Below the pieces are notes generated by a model. The model was not told the origin of the DNA and searched no databases. It was given only the letters and a program-made list of their open reading frames with translations. The position numbers and the translations under genes were made by a program. From contig JAXDQU010000035.1 of NCBI GenBank assembly GCA_034667685.1, positions 1-15,095 of the forward strand: a stretch of DNA of 15,095 bases. The letters are read 5' to 3'. Below, piece by piece: positions 1 through 6,953 of this stretch. The stretch's first letter is position 1; every line of letters begins with the position of its first letter. The stretch comes from Thermoplasmata archaeon. Its GTDB lineage: Archaea > Thermoplasmatota > SW-10-69-26 > JACQPN01 > JAJPHT01.

Positions 1-77
1 CCGCTGGGCTCGGACGCGGGCTCGAAAGCGGGCACGGGACCCTTCCCCCCTTTCGAGCCCTCTTCCGAGCCCTGCGG
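1..77. repeat. Imperfect inverted repeat (hairpin A); each arm has two GGGCTCG/CGAGCCC units; may extend beyond the window start
   Basis: Pairings CCGC 1-4/GCGG 74-77, GGGCTCGGA 6-14/TCCGAGCCC 64-72, GGGCTCGAAAG 18-28/CTTTCGAGCCC 50-60. Confidence 0.8.
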
Positions 78-108
78 AGCGAGCATCGTACAGGGGTGTG
101 CGGCAAGC

Positions 109-116
109 GTTATATT
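109..116. promoter_or_regulatory. TATA-like box, possibly bidirectional
   Basis: GTTATATT in GC-rich context; ~25 nt before GTG 140 on + and ~24 nt before ATG 86 on -. Confidence 0.5.
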
Positions 117-139
117 CCCCTGGAAGCGCCGAGCGCCTT

Positions 140-595
140 GTGCCCGAGAACGCCCCGAACCTCCCCGCCGGACCCGCCGAGTCCCCCGGCCAGGCGCTCC
201 GCGCCTGGGGTCGCTCGCACCCGACGCTGACCTCGCTGCGGACCCTCCTGCCCAGCTACCCCGCCGAGCGGGAGCCGGGGCTCTCGCCGGGCCTCTACGT
301 GGACCACCTGCGCACGCCCTGGGTCGCCGTCCGCGGCGAGATCCGCGTCAGCCTGGCGCGCCTGATCAGCGTCTCCCCCGACGGGCGCCACCAGCTCGTC
401 GGCCAGGTCCAGGTCACCGCCGCCGAGATGGACCTCGCGGGCAGCATGACGCTGCGCTTCTACCTCCACCAGCCGGCCGGCGTCATCGCCAAGGAGATCG
501 GCGAGGAGCCCGAATGGTGGCTCCACGTCCTCGACGCGCACTATGCCCTGGGCGGCGAGCCGATCGTCAGCGCGCCCCTGGGCATCTGCGCCTGA
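140..595 (+). CDS. Hypothetical protein (~151 aa)
   Basis: Part of ORF 98..595 with GC-rich third positions and normal composition. Start moved to GTG 140 because of TATA spacing. No recognised motif. Confidence 0.7.
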   Translation: MPENAPNLPAGPAESPGQALRAWGRSHPTLTSLRTLLPSYPAEREPGLSPGLYVDHLRTPWVAVRGEIRVSLARLISVSPDGRHQLVGQVQVTAAEMDLAGSMTLRFYLHQPAGVIAKEIGEEPEWWLHVLDAHYALGGEPIVSAPLGICA

Positions 596-610
596 TCCCG
601 GTCGATGCCC

Positions 611-728
611 GCGCTGCGGCTCCGCATGCGGAGGCGCGGAGGCCGCGGTGGACGCGGCGTTCTTCTCGTCAGATCGTCTCCGCGAGCGCCGCGCTCCCCG
701 CGTCGCCGCATGCGGAGCCGCGAAGCGC
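611..728. repeat. Inverted repeat (hairpin B) with 9-nt-periodic inner arms
   Basis: Perfect 16-bp arms 616-631/706-721; CGCGG at 635, 644, 653 versus CCGCG at 680, 689, 698; loop contains TTCTTCTCGT (660-669). Confidence 0.85.
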
Positions 729-772
729 CTCGGCTCGATGGCTTCATGCGGCGGTCCGATGTGCCCGTCGCC

Positions 773-985
773 ATGTCCGACGTCGAGCTTCCTTCGGGCC
801 GCATCCCGCTCGCCCAGTGGGAACGCATCCAGCAGGCCGTCCTCAACCGGGGCGACGTCGAGGAGTACGCGCTCGTGACGCTCTACCCGGACATGGGCGA
901 GCCCGCCGAGGTCGAGGCCGAGCTTCGCAAGCTCGCCGACTGGCTCCACGACGAAGGGCTCCTGGATTCGAGCTTCTGGTCCTAG
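773..985 (+). CDS. Small acidic hypothetical protein (70 aa, MSDVELPSG...DSSFWS)
   Basis: 3' part of ORF 605..985 has coding-like codon bias; its Arg-rich 5' part is simply hairpin B. ATG 746 is an alternative start. Confidence 0.7.
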   Translation: MSDVELPSGRIPLAQWERIQQAVLNRGDVEEYALVTLYPDMGEPAEVEAELRKLADWLHDEGLLDSSFWS

Positions 986-1054
986 GGCCTCGTACACGAA
1001 AGCGGAGGGCCCGAGTCTCCGGAATCCTGATTCTGTCGACATCCGCCGCCTCCG

Positions 1055-1141
1055 GCGCGAGAGCATCCCGAATCACGAAGACCCGAATCACGACGAGAAA
1101 AAGCGTGATTCGGGTCTTCGTGATTCGGGATGCTCTCGCGC
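1055..1141. repeat. Perfect 38-bp inverted repeat (hairpin C) with 11-nt loop; arms contain a 15-nt-period repeat of CCCGAATCACG
   Basis: 1055-1092 is the exact reverse complement of 1104-1141; loop ACGAGAAAAAG; lies between convergent genes. Confidence 0.95.
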
Positions 1142-1168
1142 GGAGCGCGCCCGCCGTCCCAGAGCCGG

Positions 1169-1594
1169 TCAGAGCGGCACGCGCGGCGCGATCCACCCCG
1201 ACTCGTTCCACCACGTCCATTCGCGGCGGCGGCACGCGTCGGCGTACAGGAATGATAGCGCGTCGAGCCACGCGCCCGCGTCGCGCAGGCCCAGCCGCTC
1301 CGCGCTTCCGAGGCTCGCGCGGATCGCGTAGAGCCCCTCCGCCATCTGGCGCTTGAAGCCCTCCTCCTTGCCGCGCGTCGCGTTCTCCAGCGCAGCGGCC
1401 ACGAGGATCATGCCCTTCACCAGCGCCGCGGCGTCGTCCTCGCCCGCGCCGCGCAGCGCGTGCCACGCGGACTCCCAGGATTCGTGCGCGTGCCAGAACT
1501 CGCGCGCGTCGAAGCGGGCGGCGCCTTCGCGCAGGAGGCGCGGGACCTCGTCGAGCGGGGCGGGCGCGGCGCGCGGGTCGGGGCCTTTCGCCAT
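1169..1594 (-). CDS. DUF309 family protein
   Basis: Motif F-x-x-x-x-FWHAHESWESAW followed by KGMILVAAA matches the DUF309 pattern; start is 1 nt after the MFS stop. Confidence 0.85.
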   Translation of the reverse strand: MAKGPDPRAAPAPLDEVPRLLREGAARFDAREFWHAHESWESAWHALRGAGEDDAAALVKGMILVAAALENATRGKEEGFKRQMAEGLYAIRASLGSAERLGLRDAGAWLDALSFLYADACRRREWTWWNESGWIAPRVPL

Positions 1595-1595
1595 C

Positions 1596-2786
1596 TCACG
1601 CCTCCGCGGGGAGCTCGGGCGCGGGCGCGGGGCCGCGCGAGGCGAGGGCGAGCGCCACCAGCGCGCCCGCGACGGCGACCGCGGCGCCGGCGGGGAAGAG
1701 CGCGCCGCCCCAGGATGATAGCAGGGGCCCGCCCGCGAGCGCGCCGGCGCTCCAGCCCGCGTTCCACGTCATGCTCGCGAACCCCTGCGCGAAGCCGCGC
1801 CCGCCGGGGTCCACGCGCCCCATCATCATCGTGTTCGCGAGCGGGGCGATGGCGCTGGCGAAGACGTAGCGCAGCACGAAGCCCACCAGGAGCGGGGCGA
1901 GGGCGTTCGTCCAGAGGAAGGGGAGGAGCGCGAGCGCGGCGAGCGCCTGGCTCGCGACGAGGAGCGGCCCGGCGGGCCAACGCGCGGCGAGGCGCCCCGC
2001 GAGCCAGAAGCCGAGGGCGCCCGCGGCGGTGGCGAGGCCCAGCGCGAGGCCCCACTGGTCGGGTGTCGTGCCCAGGTCGAGGAAGCGCACCGCGAAGTAG
2101 GGCGTCGTGATGCCGAAGCTGAAGCCCGCGAAGACGTAGAGCGCCGCGACGGGGACGATCGCCCCGTCCAGGCGGAAGCGCGAGCCGGCCAGACGCGCGC
2201 GCGAGGTGGGCGGGCGCGCGGTGGGGAGCGGCCAGGTGAGCGCGGCGCCGGTGAGCGCGACCGCGGCGAAGAGGAGCGCGTTCCAGCGCAGCCCCGTGGC
2301 GAGGTCGGGCGCCGAGGCGAAGAGCTGCGCGGCGGCGAGCGGGCCCAGCGCGCTGGCGAGCACGGAGAGCGCGCCGGTCGCGCCGTATCCCTTCGCCATG
2401 CTCGCGCCGTGCAGCAGGTCGGCCACGTACGAGTTGAACGAGGTCGCCAGGAGCGCGAGCCCCGCGCCCGAGAGCGCGCTGGTGAGCACCGTCGTCGCGA
2501 GCGAGGGGGGCGCCAGGAGCGGCGCGTAGGAGACGGCGAGGAGCGCGAGCCCCGCGCGCATCACGTGGCGGCGCGGCACGCGGTCGGCCAGGAGGCCCGC
2601 CGGCACCACGCAGACCATCGTGGAAAGCGCGCTCGCGGCGAAGACCCACGCGTCGGCGCCCACGACGCCGACGGCGCGGAGGTTGAGCGGCGCGAGGTCG
2701 AAGAGCCACGTGCCCTGCGCGATGATGCCCAGGACGTACGCCGCGGTCGCGAACGCCAGGGCTCGCTTGGCTTCGCGTGGCTCCAT
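1596..2786 (-). CDS. Major facilitator superfamily transporter (~396 aa)
   Basis: About 12 hydrophobic segments; motif A-like GLLADRVPRR and GRLAARWPAG; start MEPREAK at ATG 2786 with an AT-rich element at ~2812-2822. Confidence 0.9.
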   Translation of the reverse strand: MEPREAKRALAFATAAYVLGIIAQGTWLFDLAPLNLRAVGVVGADAWVFAASALSTMVCVVPAGLLADRVPRRHVMRAGLALLAVSYAPLLAPPSLATTVLTSALSGAGLALLATSFNSYVADLLHGASMAKGYGATGALSVLASALGPLAAAQLFASAPDLATGLRWNALLFAAVALTGAALTWPLPTARPPTSRARLAGSRFRLDGAIVPVAALYVFAGFSFGITTPYFAVRFLDLGTTPDQWGLALGLATAAGALGFWLAGRLAARWPAGPLLVASQALAALALLPFLWTNALAPLLVGFVLRYVFASAIAPLANTMMMGRVDPGGRGFAQGFASMTWNAGWSAGALAGGPLLSSWGGALFPAGAAVAVAGALVALALASRGPAPAPELPAEA

Positions 2787-2834
2787 GGCGTCGCGCACGT
2801 CGGGTCCGACGCTTGAGGATTTGCGGGGTGGCGG

Positions 2835-3001
2835 CCGGACGGAGGGCGGGGGCGAGGTCCCCATTTTCGTGTGCCGGCCGCTCCATTCCCAACACCGCGA
2901 ATCCCGGAATCCGCGGAGGACTCGGATGCGCTGTGTTGGGAAAGGAGCGCCACGAAGACAAGCATGGGACAGGAACTCGCCCGCCCTCGCCCTTCGTCCG
3001 G
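2835..3001. other. ~167-nt imperfect rod-like hairpin between divergent promoters (candidate ncRNA or decayed palindromic element)
   Basis: Nested stems 2835-2854/2982-3001, 2857-2861/2966-2970, 2866-2871/2951-2956, 2879-2884/2944-2949, 2886-2895/2933-2942, 2901-2904/2924-2927. Confidence 0.7.
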
Positions 3002-3003
3002 GC

Positions 3004-3013
3004 AACCCTTAAG
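3004..3013 (+). promoter_or_regulatory. TATA-like promoter element of the M50 protease gene
   Basis: AACCCTTAAG about 24 nt before GTG 3037. Confidence 0.5.
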
Positions 3014-3036
3014 TCCGGCACGGCTTAGGCCAGCCC

Positions 3037-4194
3037 GTGGACGACCTGAGCGCGGGGCTCGACGTGCCCGCCATCCGCGCGCGCATCGAGCAGCGCTTCC
3101 GCGTCTACGACGTGCACACGGACGAGCACGTGGTGGCGTTCTTCGTCCACGCGGCGCACGAGTCGCTGGAAGGCGACTTCGAGGCGCTCAAGCGCGACCT
3201 CAAGCAGGACGGCCTGCTCCCGCTGCTGAAGTACCAGGGGGGCGAGCACGCGATCTACGTGCTGCGCAACCCCACCCGGACGAAGCGCTCGTGGAAGGTC
3301 AACGTCTGGCTCTACCTCATCACGATCCTGACGACGACGTTGGCGGGGGCGTACGAGGCGTTCGGGTACTACCACAGCGACTTCGATCTCTCGCAGGTCA
3401 GCGAGTGGCAGTACCACGTGCGGGTGCTCACGGATCCGTCCAACCTGCTCTTGGGCTTCGTGACGTTCGCGCTGCCGCTGATGGCGATCCTGACGATCCA
3501 CGAGTTCGGCCATTACGTCGCGGCGCGCCGGCACGGCGTGGACGCGAGCCTGCCGTTCTTCATTCCGGTCCCGCCGGTGCTCTTTCCGACGGGCACGATG
3601 GGCGCGTTCATCGCGATGCGCGAGCCGATGCCCAACCGCAAGGCGCTCTTCGACATCGGCGCGGCGGGTCCGTTGGCCGGCTTCGTCGTGGCGCTCGTCG
3701 TGCTGCTGCTGGGCTTCGTCCTCATGGCGGTCCACCCGGTCGCGCCGCCCTCGGACGGCGGGCACGGCATCCTCCTGGGCGAGCCGCTCCTCTTCCAGGG
3801 CGCCTCCAAGCTCTTCGGCCTGGGCGACGACGTGATGCTCCACCCCACCGCGTTCGCCGCGTGGGTCGGGCTCTTCGTCACCGCGATGAACCTCATCCCC
3901 GTGGGCCAGCTCGACGGGGGCCACATCGCGACGGCCATGTTCGGCGAGCGCGGCCGCTACGTCAGCTATGCCGCCGTGGTCGGCCTGCTCGGGCTGGGCC
4001 TCGCGCCGATGCTCGGGTTCGGGGGCAGCGGCAACTGGCTCGTGCTCGCGCTGCTCGTGAGCTTCATGGGCGTGCGGCACCCGCCGACGCTCGATGGCGT
4101 CTCGGGGCTCGACACCAAGCGGCAGGTCATCGGCTGGGCCACGTTCGTGATCGGGGTGCTCTGCTTCACGATCGTGCCGTTCGCGGTCAACTAG
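3037..4194 (+). CDS. Site-2 protease family (peptidase M50) membrane zinc metalloprotease with soluble N-terminal domain
   Basis: HEFGH (HExxH), GAAGPLAG and NLIPVGQLDGGH motifs; multiple TM helices. Confidence 0.95.
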   Translation: MDDLSAGLDVPAIRARIEQRFRVYDVHTDEHVVAFFVHAAHESLEGDFEALKRDLKQDGLLPLLKYQGGEHAIYVLRNPTRTKRSWKVNVWLYLITILTTTLAGAYEAFGYYHSDFDLSQVSEWQYHVRVLTDPSNLLLGFVTFALPLMAILTIHEFGHYVAARRHGVDASLPFFIPVPPVLFPTGTMGAFIAMREPMPNRKALFDIGAAGPLAGFVVALVVLLLGFVLMAVHPVAPPSDGGHGILLGEPLLFQGASKLFGLGDDVMLHPTAFAAWVGLFVTAMNLIPVGQLDGGHIATAMFGERGRYVSYAAVVGLLGLGLAPMLGFGGSGNWLVLALLVSFMGVRHPPTLDGVSGLDTKRQVIGWATFVIGVLCFTIVPFAVN

Positions 4195-4230
4195 GCGAAC
4201 CTCCCGGATCAGATGTTTGCGTGGCGCTCT

Positions 4231-4307
4231 CGCCTCCAGCCACGGAGGACACAGAGGTCACGGAGGCGATTTTTCTCGTTCCTCCGTGACCTCTGTGGCT
4301 GGAGGCG
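4231..4307. repeat. Inverted repeat (hairpin D) with 9-nt CACRGAGG units, three on the left and two on the right
   Basis: 4231-4243/4295-4307 and 4250-4266/4281-4297 pair perfectly; loop CGATTTTTCTCGTT (4267-4280). Confidence 0.9.
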
Positions 4308-4308
4308 G

Positions 4309-4374
4309 GGCCGAGGCTCGGGCTCTGAGAGAGGCTAGGGCTGAGGCTAAGGCTGAGGCTAGGGCTAAGGCTGA
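4309..4374 (+). repeat. Hexanucleotide tandem array (GGCTRR)x7 at 4333-4374 with degenerate upstream units
   Basis: GGCTAG GGCTGA GGCTAA GGCTGA GGCTAG GGCTAA GGCTGA, preceded by GGCCGA GGCTCG GGCTCT. Confidence 0.9.
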
Positions 4375-4378
4375 GGGC

Positions 4379-4777
4379 CTACGGCTTGCGCGAGATGCGC
4401 GTCGCGGGCCGCGACTGCGTGCCGCCCTCGGCGACCTCGACGTGGCTGGGCTTCTCCACGTTCTTCAGGCTCCACTCCCAGATGCGCAGCACGCCGCGCG
4501 TCTGGATCATGACGTCCTTGAGCTTCACGATGTCCGCGGTCGTGTCCTCGTGGCTGAAGACGCCCTGCCACGTGACGACCTTGTGCGAGATGCCCGTGCT
4601 GCTCGTGGGCTCCTCCCAGCCGGAGGCGTTGTTGGGGAGCGCTTCGACGACGTTGCGCAGGACGATCGTCTCGGCGTCGAACTCGATGAGCGTGCCGCGG
4701 AAGGCGCGGTTGTCGACCATGACGACCACGATCTCCTGGCCGGAGAGCGCCTTGAGCTTGGACTCGAACAGGGACAT
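4379..4777 (-). CDS. LSm/Sm-fold protein, divergent, with long internal insertion (~132 aa)
   Basis: Sm1-like LKALSGQEIVVVMVDNRAFRGTLIEFDAETIVLRNVVE and Sm2-like LKDVMIQTRGVLRIW; ATG 4777 is ~25 nt after AAACCTTGATA on -. Confidence 0.7.
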   Translation of the reverse strand: MSLFESKLKALSGQEIVVVMVDNRAFRGTLIEFDAETIVLRNVVEALPNNASGWEEPTSSTGISHKVVTWQGVFSHEDTTADIVKLKDVMIQTRGVLRIWEWSLKNVEKPSHVEVAEGGTQSRPATRISRKP

Positions 4778-4903
4778 CGGCGCCGACGAGGCCTGGGCCT
4801 GTATCAAGGTTTGGGGGCTGGCTTATCCGCAGGGGCGCGCGCCACCGCCGAAAAGGGCGCCGCCAGCAAGGGCTTAACCGGGGACCGGGCTCGCCGCCAC
4901 GCG

Positions 4904-6358
4904 ATGCGCTTCCACGGCGTCCTCCTCGTCCTCCTCCTGTCCGCCGGCTGCCTGGGCGCGGGGGGCCCGACGCACGGGGGAGGGGGCGACCAGGCCGACG
5001 CCACGCGGCCCGTCTTCCAGGCCGTCCAGGTCAACAACGGCGGCTGGGAGCCCTCGATGGCGACGGGGCCCGACGGGCGCCAGTGGGTCACGACGCAGGA
5101 GGCCGGGCCCTCGTCCACGGAGGCCATCTACTGGTCGGAGAGCGGCCTCAACTGGACGCGCACGAAGGCCAACCCGCCCACCACCGCGCCCAACTCCGAC
5201 AACGAGATCCTCGTCCTTCCCTCGGGCCGCGTGCTCGCGAGCGTCATCAACGGCACCGGCATCGCGCTCGACATCCACTACACGGACGACAACGGCACCA
5301 CCTGGGAATCCTCGCAGGGCCAGGAGCTGAAGGACCAGGACCGCCAGTGGCTCGCCCACGGCCCGAAGAACCCGGATGGCACGTACGACGTCTACATGCT
5401 CTGGCACAACCTCGCTTCCGGCGCGGCGCAGCACGAGATGTTCGTCTCCACCTCGCACGACGGCGGCGCGACGTTCCAGCCGCCGGTCCCCATCGCGCCT
5501 CCGGGCAGCCAGGCGTGGCTCGACCTCCAGTGCTCCGACTCCGGCGGCCCCGCGAAGATCGTGGCGAACCACGAGACGGGCCAGGTCTACGCCGTCTTCC
5601 CCACGCGCACCTCCGCCGCGGGCGGATGCGGCGCCTCCGTCACGGGCCCCTTCGAGATCAACGTCGTCGCCGCGACGCGCATCTGGGTCTCCACGTCGAA
5701 GGACCACGGCGCCACCTGGACGCCCGTCCTCGCCGTGGATGATAGCAGCTCCGGCAAGATCGTGGGCGCGCAGATGCCCACCGCCGCGCTCGACAAGGCC
5801 GGCAATCTCTACGTCGCCTACCCCGAGTCGCCCAAGTCCTACCCCGACTACGACGGCTCCGCGCTCGCCTACGTCTGGTCCGCGCCCGATGCGGCGAAAT
5901 TCTCCAAGCCCGTCGTCGTCTCCCCCGCGGACGCCGGGGCGAAGCCGGGCAGCGGCCGCATCCTCGCGCAGATTGTCGCGGGCGGCGCGGGCAGGATCGC
6001 CATCTTCTCGCTCGCGGGCGACGGCAACGCCACCGGCGCGCTCTGGACGCCGCGCATCGACGAGACGCGCGACGCCCTGGACGCCACGCCGACGTTCGAC
6101 GCCTTCCCGCTCGCCACCGTCCCCGCGTGGAAGGGCACGGCCTCCGCGCTCATGGGCGCCTGCTCCGGCGCGCTCCCCGGGACGCCCCTGGGCAACCCCG
6201 CCGCCGGCTTCACCTGCAACCGCGCCAGCGACGTCTACGGACAGACGTTGACCGCCGACTGCAAGCCCGCCTTCGTCTGGTACGCCGACAAGACCCTCGA
6301 CAAGGAGAAGGGCGGCACGTACGTCGCCGAGCAGACGGCCGGGCCGGGGCTGTGCTGA
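4904..6358 (+). CDS. Secreted lipoprotein with BNR/Asp-box repeats (sialidase-like beta-propeller), ~484 aa
   Basis: Signal peptide with lipobox LSAGC; Asp-boxes YTDDNGTTW, TSHDGGATF, TSKDHGATW; CTTAA ~27 nt upstream of ATG 4904. Confidence 0.85.
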   Translation: MRFHGVLLVLLLSAGCLGAGGPTHGGGGDQADATRPVFQAVQVNNGGWEPSMATGPDGRQWVTTQEAGPSSTEAIYWSESGLNWTRTKANPPTTAPNSDNEILVLPSGRVLASVINGTGIALDIHYTDDNGTTWESSQGQELKDQDRQWLAHGPKNPDGTYDVYMLWHNLASGAAQHEMFVSTSHDGGATFQPPVPIAPPGSQAWLDLQCSDSGGPAKIVANHETGQVYAVFPTRTSAAGGCGASVTGPFEINVVAATRIWVSTSKDHGATWTPVLAVDDSSSGKIVGAQMPTAALDKAGNLYVAYPESPKSYPDYDGSALAYVWSAPDAAKFSKPVVVSPADAGAKPGSGRILAQIVAGGAGRIAIFSLAGDGNATGALWTPRIDETRDALDATPTFDAFPLATVPAWKGTASALMGACSGALPGTPLGNPAAGFTCNRASDVYGQTLTADCKPAFVWYADKTLDKEKGGTYVAEQTAGPGLC

Positions 6359-6475
6359 CGCTCCGGTCGTGACCGCGCGCAGGCGGAAAAGATATCCTTC
6401 CCGCGCCGGGATCCGACGTCCGACCTCCGGGCCTGAACGCCCGTTGCGGTCCGAAGGCCCTCCGAGGTTGCGCGA

Positions 6476-6821
6476 ATGCGCCCGCTCCCCGCTCTGCTTC
6501 TGGCGCTGCTGGCCATCGTGTCCGGCTGCGCCTCGGCCACTGCCGCGCAGCGCGTGGTCCACGATCACGGCCGCCGCGCGCCACGTCGAGAACCAGACGC
6601 TGAACCTCACCGACGCGGACCTCGCGCGCATGCCCGTCCAGGCCGCGACGGCATGGCGCGAGGCCGCGCGCAACGGCACCGCTGGGTTCGCCATTCGCGG
6701 CGCCGAGATCGACGCCTACGACGCGGCGCTCCATGACGCCCTGACGCGGCAGGGGCTGCGCGAGGCGTACTACACGCGCTACGCAGGACAAGTGCTCGTG
6801 GCGGCGGCGATCACGGACTGA
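6476..6821 (+). pseudogene. Small putative lipoprotein split by a +1 frameshift near 6530-6555 (real lesion or assembly error)
   Basis: The ATG 6476 frame gives signal peptide MRPLPALLLALLAIVSGC and then turns Arg-rich; the protein-like body (AWSTITAAARHVENQTLNL...AAITD) is in the 6369..6821 frame. Confidence 0.7.
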
Positions 6822-6922
6822 GGCTTGACGCCTCAGTCGTTGGAACACCTTGTCTCGCAGCGGCTGGCGCGCCAGCCGGCAACGCGCCCTACGCGCCCCG
6901 CTCCGCCGCGCTGAAGCGCGGC
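6816..6922. terminator. Three short GC-rich hairpins between convergent genes (possible 3'-end or termination structures)
   Basis: 6816-6824/6830-6838; palindrome 6861-6878; 6905-6912/6915-6922; no clear oligo-T tract. Confidence 0.35.
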
Positions 6923-6953
6923 TCCGGGGGCGATAAGCCGACGCCTGATGATA

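Noticed and set aside
605-772. Arg-rich N-terminus of ORF 605..985
   Set aside because: Coincides with hairpin B and is not protein-like.
985-1040. Small hairpin with GAAA and nearby CTGAT, suggestive of a hammerhead ribozyme
   Set aside because: The CUGANGA core and three-stem junction cannot be assembled.
2835-3001. SRP RNA or RNase P RNA
   Set aside because: Too short, and lacks the SRP helix-8 motif and the RNase P P4 consensus sequences.
110-3021. Overlapping ORFs 110..1066, 514..1356, 843..1466, 1417..3021, 1460..2110 and similar
   Set aside because: Arg/Pro/Ala-rich shadow frames overlapping better-supported genes.
4217-4903. N-terminal extension of the 713-aa ORF, including an EAKAEARAKAE repeat
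   Set aside because: It translates hairpin D, the hexamer array and the antisense of the LSm gene; the signal peptide and TATA spacing place the real start at 4904.
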